Positions 1 through 8,856 of a DNA stretch of 45,167 nucleotides are shown here, piece after piece (position 1 is the stretch's first letter; each line of letters begins with the position of its first letter). This DNA is from Coriobacteriia bacterium (lineage in GTDB: Bacteria; Actinomycetota; Coriobacteriia; Anaerosomatales; SLCP01), in NCBI GenBank assembly GCA_034005175.1, contig JAVEVF010000001.1:1-45167 (forward strand). The letters run 5' to 3'. Below the pieces are notes generated by a model. The model was not told the DNA's origin. It saw only the letters and a program-made list of their open reading frames with translations, and did no database searches. The position numbers and the translations under genes were made by a program.

Positions 1-413
1 CCCCGCCGGCATCACCGCCCCGATGACCGGGCGCACCTCCGTCGCCAGTCTCGCACGGTGCACCTGCGCGATGGATGCAGCAGCTACCGGCTCGTACTCA
101 AACGATGCGAAGAGCGTGTCCAACGGGCGCCCGAACTCTCGCTCGATGACCGCCACGATCTCATCGGCTGGCAGTGGGGGTACTCGGTCCTGGAGCTGTT
201 CGAACTCGAACACGTACTCCGGAGGCACGAGATCCGGTCTGACAGAAGCGATCTGCCCGAGCTTGACGAACGCTGGCCCGAGATCTTCAAGAGCCAGCCG
301 CGTCGCCTTGGCAAACGCCGCGCGCCGCACTGCGCTAGGTGCGAGACCAAAGCGCGCCTGCGGCAACGCTCGCAGCCAGTGGGATGCGAAGGTCCGGACG
401 ATAGCGTTGCTGC
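1..413 (-). CDS. ABC1/UbiB-family atypical kinase, N-terminal part (continues beyond window start)
   Basis: Absent from the ORF track because it has no stop in the window. My translation from GTG at 413 reads VSRRSNAIVRTF...LEDLGPAFVKLGQIASVRPDLVPPEYVFEFEQLQDRVPPLPADEI...AAASIAQVHRARL. These are classic ABC1-domain signatures. AGGGAG lies just upstream of the GTG. Confidence 0.75.
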
Positions 414-432
414 GTCTCGACACCGCTGCTCC

Positions 433-786
433 CTATCTGTCAGCTGGCTCGTCGTCCTCGGCAAGCGCCGCGTCAAGCGAGGCTTGCATCGACTCAAGAC
501 GGCCTCGCAACTCGGCGACTTCAAACAGGAGGTCATCGAGTTTCGACTCGACATCGGCCTTCGAACCGGGCGGTTCCATCTCACCCGATGCCAGCTTGGC
601 CTTCAGCCGCTCCTTCTCCGCCGAGATCATGGCTGACAAGCCATCCACGAACGCTTCCGGGCCTGCCTCCATGCTGCCAGGGGCTTGGTCCTCGCCGCGT
701 ACCACTGCAGCCTTCCATCCTTCATCGGCCGTCTCGTGGATTAGAGCCCAGGCCGCCAGGAACTGCATGAACTGATCCTCGGCCAC
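433..786 (-). CDS. hypothetical acidic coiled-coil protein (117 aa)
   Basis: GTG start preceded by GGAGGTGGAAGC. The C-terminal half is heptad-like (AEKERLKAKL...LLFEVAELRGRLESMQASL). It sits directly upstream of and co-directional with the ABC1 kinase. No family recognised. Confidence 0.55.
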   Translation of the reverse strand: MAEDQFMQFLAAWALIHETADEGWKAAVVRGEDQAPGSMEAGPEAFVDGLSAMISAEKERLKAKLASGEMEPPGSKADVESKLDDLLFEVAELRGRLESMQASLDAALAEDDEPADR

Positions 787-870
787 GCTTCCACCTCCGT
801 CTGGAGTCGCTCACCGATATCCTATACGTAGAGTTCATGCCCGGAGCCGCGGCTCCTACACTTCAGCACA

Positions 871-3273
871 TCATGGTTTGCGAGTCAGCAGGCGCATCCC
901 ATTGAAGATCACGAGCAGCGAGACACCCGTGTCTGCGAATACCGCCATCCATAGGGTCGCAACCCCTGCCATGGCGAGTGCCAACACTGCACCTTTGACT
1001 GTGACAGACAGGGCTACGTTCTGCCGGATGATGCTCACTGTGCGCCGTCCGAGCGCCAAGAATCTCGGAATCTGCATGAGGTCATCAGACATGAGAGCCA
1101 CGTCCGCTGTCTCAAGTGCCACGTCACTACCCGCAGCCCCCATGGCGATCCCGAGGTCAGACGCTGCCAGCGCAGGGGCGTCATTGATGCCATCTCCGAT
1201 CATGGCCACGGGACCGAACACCCGCCGCAGATCATCGACAGCTTCGGCCTTCTCGTGGGGCAGCAGCCGGGCCTTGTACTCGCTGACCCCTGACTGAGCT
1301 GCGATAGCGGCGGCTGTACGCTCGTTGTCGCCGGTAAGCATCACGCAGTGCTCCACGCCTCCTGCCCGCAGGCGCTCGATTGAGTCCAGCGCCTCATCCC
1401 GCACCTGATCGGCTACTCCGATCACGCCGATCGCACGCCCTTCCTCCGCAAGTACAAGGACCGTGCGCCCCTCCTCTTCGAGGCCCCTCACCACGGCGCC
1501 AGCATCGTGCTGCGCACGGTGGTCTTCTGCTGCAAACTCGAGGGTGCCCACCGCGTAGGAGACGCCATCGACGACACCTCGGACGCCACCACCCAACACG
1601 TCCTCGTAGCGTGTGACGCGCGCACGGTCACACTGCGGACCAGCTGCCTTCACCACGGCACGTGCCAGCGGGTGGTTGTTGTGTGCCTCGAGGTTGCCTG
1701 CAAGCGCGATCACGCGAGAGGGGTCTGCGCCATCGAGAGGGATGACATCGGTCACCTCAGGCCGACCGGATGTGAGCGTTCCGGTCTTGTCGAAGGCCAC
1801 CACCTTGACGCGCGCCGCCGTCTCCAGATGGATGCCGCCTTTCACCAGCACACCGTCGCGTGTCGCGCGGGTGATAGCCGAGACGATGGAGACCGGCGTC
1901 GAGATGACAAGCGCACACGGGCACGAGATCACGAGTAGGACAAGCGCACGGTACAGCCACACGTCAAACGCTCCCCACGAAGCCCCAAGCGCTGCACCCA
2001 CCAACGGAGGCACCACGGCGATGCCCGCCGCCAACACCACGACGGCAGGCGTGTAGTATCGTGCAAATCGGTCGACGAGCTGTTGTGAGGGCGCCCGTGA
2101 CCCTTGCGCCTCCTCCACAAGGTGGACGATGCGCGCGAGCGTGGACTCTGCCGCCCTCGAGGTCACGCGCACCTCAAGATGCCCGCTTGTGTTGAGCGAC
2201 CCTGCGTACACGACATCCTGAACGCTCTTGTTGACCGGCACCGACTCACCGGTGATGGGCGACTCGTCGACCGCAGACATGCCGCTTTCAACGATCCCGT
2301 CAAGCGGGATACGCTCACCTGGCCGCACGGAGATGAGCTCACCTGGCAGGACTCCAGACGCCAGGACTTCGCGCTCTCGGCCCTCGCGCGATGTGCGAGC
2401 CACTGGTGGGCTGAGCTCCATCAGGTCACGAATCGAGCGGCGTGTGCGTGCCAAGGAGCGCGATTCAAGCAGTCCGCCCAGTGAGAAGAGGAAGACCACC
2501 ACTGCCCCCTCGGCCCACTGCCCGATAGCCGCCGCACCGATCACAGCGATGGTCATGAGCACGTTCATGTCGAGCACATGCGCACGAACAGACGCCAACG
2601 CGCGGCGCAAGATAAGCGAGCCGCCGCTCGCAGTGGCAGCTGCGAACGCCATCACAGAGGCCGTGTTCGCCCACCCTGCCGCAGCCCTGCTCAGCACCCA
2701 TGCCAGCACGATGAGTGCTCCGGATACGGTGGTTGATAGCGTGTGGCCATGCACCTCCCACCAGCTAGGCGCGATGGGCACCTCGACCTCTACGACCTCA
2801 GGAGTCATCAATGGCTCGATACGATAACCGGCAGAGCGCACGATCTCCAGAGCACGAGTACGCGGATCGCTCTGAGAATCATACTCAAGCACCATGAGTC
2901 CACTTGCGAAGTTGACGTCGGCAGAGATGACTCCAGGGATACGCTTTACGGACTTGGCCACGGTCCGTGCGCAGTCGGGTCAATCCAGGCCGCTAAGCCG
3001 ATAGGACACGTGTGCCACGCCGGCACCGATCTCCAGGGCTAGTGTTTCAACCGCCGAGCGCAATACCTCCTCAGGCACCTCGTTGGGATCGTAGGTGACA
3101 GAGATCGTCCGGCCATCGGGATCAATGAGAGCGCGATGCACCCCTTCCATCGCGGTGACAGCCACGCGCAACCGCTCGTCACACTCCGCACACTGCACCT
3201 CATCGCCCAGAGGTGACGCAAGCGCGACCTCGGCGGTCTGAAGTGGTGTCATCGAAGCTGACTCGATGCTCAT
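871..3273 (-). CDS. cadA: P1B-2 type (Zn/Cd/Pb) heavy-metal translocating P-type ATPase, read through one in-frame TGA at 2980-2982 (about 800 codons)
   Basis: Track ORFs 871-2961 and 2980-3273 share one frame and are separated only by TGA plus 6 codons. Motifs: SCPCALVISTP, DKTGTLT, GDGINDAP, and TM8 WMAVFADTG as in ZntA/CadA. The N-terminus has a CAEC domain and then YRLSGLD-TGA-PDCARTVAKSVKRIPGVISADVNF, which aligns with the ZntA-type motif GMDCxxCA. The ATG at 3273 overlaps the arsR-type stop (ATGA). Confidence 0.85.
2940..2973 (-). other. candidate bacterial SECIS-like stem-loop downstream of the in-frame UGA
   Basis: RNA UGCGC-ACGGAC-[CGUGGCCAA]-GUCCGU-AAA-GCGUA. The upper stem is 6 bp (2963-2968 with 2948-2953). 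The lower stem is 5 bp (2969-2973 with 2940-2944), with a 3-nt AAA bulge between them. The stem starts 6 nt after the UGA and the 9-nt apical loop starts 18 nt after it. The loop contains GU/GG. Confidence 0.45.
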
Positions 3274-3644
3274 CGACGCTCCCCTGCGTGCGCAAGCCCT
3301 TGGGCAAGCAAGCTCTCTACGTGCGCATCGGCGAGCCGGTACACCACGTGCTTCCCGTCGCGTTTGGAGGTCACAAGACCCCTATCACGCAACAGGCGAA
3401 GCTGGTGGCTCGCGGCCGACTGCGTGACACCGATGGCAGCAGCGAGATCGCAGACACACTGGTCGCCAACGGAAAGCACCCAGAGAATGCGCAGGCGCGT
3501 GGGGTCAGAGAGCGTGTCGAAGATGCGTGCCGTCGACTCGAAATGAGCGGCATCGGGAAGCTCTTCTTCTCCATGAACAATCGGCTGCGGGCCGCTGGCC
3601 ACAGAACCGCAAGAGCGGTGAGGCTTATATGAACGTGTGCTCAT
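3270..3644 (-). CDS. ArsR/SmtB-family metalloregulator (CadC/ArsR-like, CVC site)
   Basis: FDTLSDPTRLRILWVLSVGDQCVCDLAAAIGVTQSAASHQLRLLRDRGLV is the winged-helix core, with the alpha3 CVCD metal site. I place the start at ATG 3644 (MSTRSYKPHRSCGS...) because a consensus promoter sits immediately upstream. The track start at 3749 looks over-extended. Confidence 0.85.
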   Translation of the reverse strand: MSTRSYKPHRSCGSVASGPQPIVHGEEELPDAAHFESTARIFDTLSDPTRLRILWVLSVGDQCVCDLAAAIGVTQSAASHQLRLLRDRGLVTSKRDGKHVVYRLADAHVESLLAQGLAHAGERR

Positions 3645-3655
3645 ACGTTCATATA
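3626..3655. promoter_or_regulatory. 11-8-11 perfect inverted repeat, candidate ArsR/SmtB operator
   Basis: TATATGAACGT (3626-3636), 8 nt, ACGTTCATATA (3645-3655). It overlaps the -10 element and the ATG of the regulator. The TATA..GAAC / GTTC..TATA arms resemble known SmtB/CzrA/CadC-type operators. Confidence 0.6.
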
Positions 3656-3680
3656 TATGCTGCACGGCGAGCGCTGTCAA
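3652..3680 (-). promoter_or_regulatory. sigma70-type promoter giving a probably leaderless arsR-ATPase transcript
   Basis: Minus strand reads TTGACA (3680-3675), a 17 nt spacer, TATATA (3657-3652), 7 nt, then ATG (3644). Confidence 0.6.
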
Positions 3681-3801
3681 CCTCGTCCGTGGCCACCCTG
3701 GTGAAAGAGACGTGCTCGAACCCGATGGCCGCCGTGCCCGCATGGCCAACCTGGCTCGCGTGTTCTTCCTCTGCTATGTGTCGGGCAGCGGCCTGCTCGG
3801 C

Positions 3802-4659
3802 TTACTCGGCTTCTACCGCCACAGCGATGCCGGGAGCGGGTGAGCCATGCGCATCTCCCGCATCGTCATGGCCGTGGCCGGGCTTGACCTCTAGCTCTCG
3901 GAGACCGAAGAAGTCCAGGCTGCACGGAATGTCGATGGTGAGCGAGAGATAGAAATGCGCGGTCACCATGAGGATGAAGAGCCAGTTGATGACGTAGTGG
4001 AACATGCGCATCCACCAACCCGCGAGGTCCGTGCTGCCGAGCAACGCGCCCAACCACCAGCCCACGAGCAGATCACGCGGACTGTAACCAAAGATGAATG
4101 GAACGGTGACAAGCGCGAAGCCAGTGAAGACCTGCGCAACCATCAGCACAAGGAAGATGAGGTAGACCAGCTTCTGCATCACGTTGTACTTCGCGATGTG
4201 CGGCTTGTAGTTGCTGAGGTACGCGTAGAACTTCGCCACAGCGATCAAGCTCGCCATATCCTCTCGGCCAACCGCGAATTCGCGCCAGTCCTTGCCCTTG
4301 GAGAAGAACGCGTACCAGATTCTCCAGAGCAGCGTGATCGTCACGATGACCATCGCAACGTAATGCACGTAACGCATCGCCACTCTGCCCCCATCGAAGA
4401 AGGGGAACCGAATGTACATGCCGGTGAATGCGAGGGCGAGGATGCACACCATGTGGATGAAGTGAATGACCTTGGGCTGGGCGGGAATAGCCACATCGTG
4501 ATCGGGCCACTGGCCCTCGAACCATCTCTTCTGGAACCTGCCGGTGATGATGTCGAAGGCGAAATGCACGGTGAGCGCCACAAGCATGAAGGCGTACACC
4601 ACGACAAACGCCACATCGATCCATACGTTGAGCACGGTCAAGTCCATGATGTCCCCCAT
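3802..4659 (-). CDS. polytopic membrane protein, cytochrome b561 / Ni-Fe-hydrogenase b-type cytochrome-like, with a His/Asp-rich C-terminal tail
   Basis: Several hydrophobic helices carry conserved-looking His residues (HFAFDI, HFIHMVCILA, YVHYVAMV, FHYVINWLFILMVTAHFY). The tail is KPGHGHDDAGDAHGS. The family assignment is from memory of PF01292-like proteins and is not verified. Confidence 0.5.
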   Translation of the reverse strand: MGDIMDLTVLNVWIDVAFVVVYAFMLVALTVHFAFDIITGRFQKRWFEGQWPDHDVAIPAQPKVIHFIHMVCILALAFTGMYIRFPFFDGGRVAMRYVHYVAMVIVTITLLWRIWYAFFSKGKDWREFAVGREDMASLIAVAKFYAYLSNYKPHIAKYNVMQKLVYLIFLVLMVAQVFTGFALVTVPFIFGYSPRDLLVGWWLGALLGSTDLAGWWMRMFHYVINWLFILMVTAHFYLSLTIDIPCSLDFFGLRELEVKPGHGHDDAGDAHGSPAPGIAVAVEAE

Positions 4660-4877
4660 ACTCCGATCGCCGGGTACCCGACATCCCCGTCGCCTGTGTG
4701 GACTCGGCGACTGAAAACCGCCAACGTGTGCTGTTCTCTGTTTCGAGGCGTTTCGCGCTATTCCTGCTGTGTCTGCCTCAAGACACCGCTAAGACGGTAT
4801 CACGAGCTCGGGTCGTGGTCGATGGGGGAATATTCATTCTGATGCATTGAATCAATCCTCTGAAGGTGGAAGCGATC

Positions 4878-5483
4878 ATGGAGCCAATCGCGAAGCGCAC
4901 CGTAGTGAGTGTCGTGTCTGCTGTGGTGGCAACCGCCCTGATCGTCGGGCTGGCGGTCTGGGTGGTAATGAACGGCCAGCTCATACGTGTCAAGACACAG
5001 GCCGAGCAGGACGCCGCCCGCATAGAGACGCTGGAGTCCGAGGTGCAATCATTGACCGTGGCGCTGTCAGCCAAGGTCGAAGAACCCGCTGCTGAAGATG
5101 GTCGCTTCTTCTGCTTCATCACTCAGGCGCGTTGGTCGGGAAGCCGTCCCGAGCTCACCGTGGACTACGCACAGCTTCTTACCGGTGCGCAAGCTGCTGC
5201 TGCCGCTGCCGCTGCGGGCGAGGAGTCCCCTCCCCCAAACGATTACTTCATCGTGAACACAAACCCGCGCTTGCGAACATTTCCCGCAGATTCCGCGATG
5301 AGGGTGCGCATGACGAGCTCCGCCGAGGGCTCTGTGCCAGACGGTTACAGCATGACGTTTGGCGAGTGGTTTGATGCGTACTCTGGAATGTCGGGGACCT
5401 TCCCCACCATAAGCAAGGTCCCGTATTGGATCACGATCAGGACCGGGACGATCACCGCTATCGAAGAACAGTACCTGCCGTAA
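4878..5483 (+). CDS. membrane-anchored hypothetical protein (N-terminal TM helix, coiled coil, poly-Ala linker, C-terminal globular domain)
   Basis: GAAGGTGGAAG lies 7 nt before ATG 4878; the track's GTG at 4866 is also possible. The TM helix is VVSVVSAVVATALIVGLAVWVV. No family recognised. Confidence 0.6.
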   Translation: MEPIAKRTVVSVVSAVVATALIVGLAVWVVMNGQLIRVKTQAEQDAARIETLESEVQSLTVALSAKVEEPAAEDGRFFCFITQARWSGSRPELTVDYAQLLTGAQAAAAAAAAGEESPPPNDYFIVNTNPRLRTFPADSAMRVRMTSSAEGSVPDGYSMTFGEWFDAYSGMSGTFPTISKVPYWITIRTGTITAIEEQYLP

Positions 5484-5508
5484 ACCTTGCGGGGATCCAA
5501 GCGAAACG

Positions 5509-7578
5509 TCAGCGACGTCTACGCGCGCCGTATCCGCTGCCTTTGCGTGCGCCTTGCTTGAGACGCCCAAGCACCTCATCGGCGGTCGTGGACTCGATCT
5601 CAGTACGCAGCTTCACCACTTGGTCACGCAACCGCGCGGCTTGTTCGAAATCCAGTGAATCGGCGGCCTGCGCCATGTCCTCCTCCAACGTCGAGATCAA
5701 CCGCATGACCTCATCTCTGGGCAGTTTCGCAAGTTCGCGGGCTGCTTCTGCAGCGGTGGTGAGCTCGGCCTCCCCTTCCCGCACGTACTGCACGATATCG
5801 GCGATGGCTTTACGAATCGTCTGAGGCTCGATGTCATGCGCCTCGTTGTATGACATCTGCAATGCGCGGCGTCGGTTGGTCTCTTCGATGGCGAGGCGCA
5901 TCGAGTCCGTGACTCGATCGGCATACATGATGACCTGGCCTGAGACATTCCGAGCCGCTCGCCCGATTGTCTGAATGAGGCTGCGGTAGTTGCGCAGAAA
6001 GCCTTCCTTGTCGGCATCAAGGATGGCAACGAGAGAGACCTCAGGGAGATCGAGACCCTCACGCAGCAGATTGATGCCGACGAGACAATCAAACGTGCCG
6101 AGACGCAGGTCTCTGAGGATCTCCACACGCTCAAGCGTGCCGATGTCCGAGTGCAGGTAGCGCACCTTCAGCCCCTGCTCGAAGAGGTAATCGGTGAGGT
6201 CCTCCGCCATGCGCTTCGTGAGTGTCGTGACAAGCACGCGCTCCCCGTGTTCCACCCGCTGTCGCACCTCTTCGATGAGGTCGTCGACCTGGCCTTTCAT
6301 GGGCCGAACAACGACCTCGGGGTCAACGAGACCTGTGGGTCGGATGATCTGCTCCACCACCTGCGTGGAGACTGAGAGTTCGTAATCACCCGGCGTGGCG
6401 GACACGTAGATGAACTGGCGCACCCGCTGCTCAAACTCGTCGAAACGAAGCGGCCGGTTGTCGAGCGCGCTCGGCAGCCGAAAGCCGTGCTCTACAAGCG
6501 TGAGCTTGCGGCTGCGGTCCCCTTCATGCATGCCGCGAATCTGCGGGACAGTGACATGCGACTCATCAATGAAGCACACGAAATCGTCGGGGAAGTAGTC
6601 GATGAGCGTGTTTGGCGGGTCGCCCGCGGCGCGCCCATCGAGATGACGTGAGTAGTTCTCGATGCCCGAGCAGAATCCCATCGTCTCAAGCATCTCGAGA
6701 TCGTAGTTCACACGCATCTCGAGCCGTTGCGCTTCCAAGAGCTTGCCCTCGGCTTTCAGTTCTCCGAGGCGTACTCGCAACTCCTCCCGGATGGTGTTCA
6801 AGGCAGCCGCGAGCTTGTCTGGCGCCGTGACATAGTGGGTGGCCGGCCAGATAGGAAGCCACTTGTAGCCAAGGAGGACCTCTCCGGTGAGCTGGTCGAC
6901 CTCGGCGATGGACTCGACTTCGTCTCCGAAGAACTCCACACGCACCGGATGGTCGGCATATGGAGGGAAGACATCGATGACATCCCCGCGCACGCGGAAA
7001 CTGCCGCGCTGTAGCTCGTAGTCGTTCCGGTCGTACTGTATCTCGATGAGGTCGCGGATGAGGCGATCACGCTCATAGTCCTCGCCTGCTGAGAGAAACG
7101 CCGCCATGCCTGCGTAGTCCTCCGGCGACCCGATTCCGTAGATGCATGACACGCTTGCGACAACCACGACGTCGCGCCGAGAGAGCAACGCCGCCGTCGC
7201 TGCATGACGAAGCTTCTCCACCTCCTCGTTGATGGATGCGTCCTTTTCGATGAAGGTATCGGTGGTGGGGACGTAAGCTTCTGGCTGGTAGTAATCGTAG
7301 TAGGAGACGAAGTACACGACTGCGTTATCGGCCATGAACTCGCGCAGCTCGGCGGCAAGCTGCGCTGCGAGGGTCTTGTTGGGCGCCATGATGAGCGCAG
7401 GCCTCTGAACCTCTTCGATGACCTTGGCCATCGTGTAGGTCTTCCCTGAGCCGGTGACTCCCAGCAGGGTCTGGTAGCGCTGCCCTTCGCGAATCCCGTC
7501 CGCAAGCTCATCGATGGCTTTCGGTTGGTCTCCGGCAGGCTCGAATGCTGCTTGCACCTTCAGCCGGATGTTGCTCAC
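5509..7578 (-). CDS. uvrB: excinuclease ABC subunit B
   Basis: [26 protein letters not shown], helicase motifs and the C-terminal UVR domain ([20 protein letters not shown]). The likely start is GTG 7578, preceded by GGAGCGGAGG and overlapping the slt stop (GTGA). The track start at 7599 is an alternative. Confidence 0.97.
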   Translation of the reverse strand: MSNIRLKVQAAFEPAGDQPKAIDELADGIREGQRYQTLLGVTGSGKTYTMAKVIEEVQRPALIMAPNKTLAAQLAAELREFMADNAVVYFVSYYDYYQPEAYVPTTDTFIEKDASINEEVEKLRHAATAALLSRRDVVVVASVSCIYGIGSPEDYAGMAAFLSAGEDYERDRLIRDLIEIQYDRNDYELQRGSFRVRGDVIDVFPPYADHPVRVEFFGDEVESIAEVDQLTGEVLLGYKWLPIWPATHYVTAPDKLAAALNTIREELRVRLGELKAEGKLLEAQRLEMRVNYDLEMLETMGFCSGIENYSRHLDGRAAGDPPNTLIDYFPDDFVCFIDESHVTVPQIRGMHEGDRSRKLTLVEHGFRLPSALDNRPLRFDEFEQRVRQFIYVSATPGDYELSVSTQVVEQIIRPTGLVDPEVVVRPMKGQVDDLIEEVRQRVEHGERVLVTTLTKRMAEDLTDYLFEQGLKVRYLHSDIGTLERVEILRDLRLGTFDCLVGINLLREGLDLPEVSLVAILDADKEGFLRNYRSLIQTIGRAARNVSGQVIMYADRVTDSMRLAIEETNRRRALQMSYNEAHDIEPQTIRKAIADIVQYVREGEAELTTAAEAARELAKLPRDEVMRLISTLEEDMAQAADSLDFEQAARLRDQVVKLRTEIESTTADEVLGRLKQGARKGSGYGARRRR

Positions 7579-8174
7579 TGGTTGCCTCCGCTCCACCACG
7601 GGAACGCGTCTGGGTAGATCTCCTCATACCGCTCTTTCGCCCGCACGACGCGAACAACAAAATGGCGCGTCTCAGGAAACGTAATGGCATCACGTATATC
7701 CCCACCCTGCGCCACCCAGTCATCAGCGTTGCGCAAGCCCGCGTTGTATGCGGCAAGCGCGACCTCGACCTCGTGGTAGCGTTCCACGAGGTAGCGCAGG
7801 TAGGCGGTCCCGTACTCGATATTAGTGGCGGGGTCTGCAAGCGATGCGCCGCTCACGAACTCCTCGCTTACGATGGCACGCGCGCGCAAGTCCTCTGCGG
7901 TCGCGGGCATCACCTGCATGAGCCCCACCGCGCCAACACGTGACACCCGCTCGGGGTCGAACCCTGACTCGGCGTTGATCACGGCGGCCACAAGATAGGG
8001 GTTCACCTCATGACGCATCGCCGAGGCAGAGATCTCCTCCGTGAACGCAAGCGGGTAGTAGAGACGCTGAAACCATGCTGGCCCGCGCAGGGCGCTGAAC
8101 GCAAGCAGGCCGAAGCCCATCACCACGAGCAGCAGGGCCACTCGGTGGGCTGCCCAAGGCCTACTGCGGCGCAT
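7575..8174 (-). CDS. lytic transglycosylase (SLT domain), N-terminal membrane anchor
   Basis: [30 protein letters not shown]...AYNAG is the SLT catalytic motif set. The N-terminus has a hydrophobic helix. Confidence 0.85.
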   Translation of the reverse strand: MRRSRPWAAHRVALLLVVMGFGLLAFSALRGPAWFQRLYYPLAFTEEISASAMRHEVNPYLVAAVINAESGFDPERVSRVGAVGLMQVMPATAEDLRARAIVSEEFVSGASLADPATNIEYGTAYLRYLVERYHEVEVALAAYNAGLRNADDWVAQGGDIRDAITFPETRHFVVRVVRAKERYEEIYPDAFPWWSGGNQ

Positions 8175-8772
8175 CAGCTATCACCTCGTCCCAGTAGCGC
8201 TCGAGCGCTTCCTGGAACTCGGTGAGGCTGCCCTCGTTGCGAATCACTTCATCAGCCATCTCTTCACGCTGCGCATCGGTGGCCTGGCATCTGATGCGAG
8301 CGCGCACGTCGGCCTCGTCCATGCCTGCCTCCACCGCGCGCCCGATACGCAGATTCTCAGGCGCCGAGATGGCAAGCACACGCTCGGCGAGCTCACCGAA
8401 GACCGGTGCCTCCACGAGAAGGGGGACATCAAGCACGACTACCCGCGGCGGATTGAGCAGCAGCCCCATGTCTCTTAGCCCCGGGCCGACTTCGCGCAAG
8501 ATAGCGGGGTGCACGATAGCGTTGAGCCGTCGCGCGCGTTCCGGTGATGAGAAGACTGTCGCTGCAAGCTTGCGACGATCGATCGTGCCACCGTCTTCAA
8601 GCACCCCTGCACCGAACTCCGCCACGATCTGATCGTGCACCGGCATCCCGGGTGCGAGATGCCGCTTGGCGATGTCGTCGAGCGAGAGCACGACCGCACC
8701 GCGCGCACGGAACACCTCCGCGGCGGTGGTCTTGCCGGCGCCGATACCGCCGGTGAGCGCGATCACGTACAT
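8161..8772 (-). CDS. coaE: dephospho-CoA kinase
   Basis: MYVIALTGGIGAGKTT P-loop and typical length. It lies between rpsA and uvrB, as in Actinomycetota. Confidence 0.9.
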   Translation of the reverse strand: MYVIALTGGIGAGKTTAAEVFRARGAVVLSLDDIAKRHLAPGMPVHDQIVAEFGAGVLEDGGTIDRRKLAATVFSSPERARRLNAIVHPAILREVGPGLRDMGLLLNPPRVVVLDVPLLVEAPVFGELAERVLAISAPENLRIGRAVEAGMDEADVRARIRCQATDAQREEMADEVIRNEGSLTEFQEALERYWDEVIADAPQ

Positions 8773-8792
8773 GTCTCTCCTCCGTTGTGAGC

Positions 8793-8827
8793 GGGGCCGG
8801 ACGTCACGTCTCCGCGCGTCCGGCCCC
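8793..8827 (-). terminator. GC-rich 11-bp hairpin between rpsA and coaE (terminator/attenuator or processing site, no U-tract)
   Basis: GGGGCCGGACG (8793-8803) and CGTCCGGCCCC (8817-8827) are perfect complements with a 13-nt loop. It is located between the rpsA stop (8857) and the coaE start (8772). Confidence 0.4.
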
Positions 8828-8856
8828 CTTCACTCATCACTCAAGAGTAGAGCCGC

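Noticed and set aside
843-856. Perfect 14-nt palindrome GGAGCCGCGGCTCC between the ATPase stop and the upstream gene
   Set aside because: It cannot form a stable hairpin because it has no loop. It has no flanking U/A tract, and it is a single occurrence. It is probably a chance GC palindrome.
3955-4842. 295-aa His/Asp/Glu-rich plus-strand ORF that could look like a metal-binding protein
   Set aside because: It is antisense to the hydrophobic cytochrome-b-like gene, and the complement of hydrophobic codons yields charged residues. It has no RBS and runs through the intergenic region.
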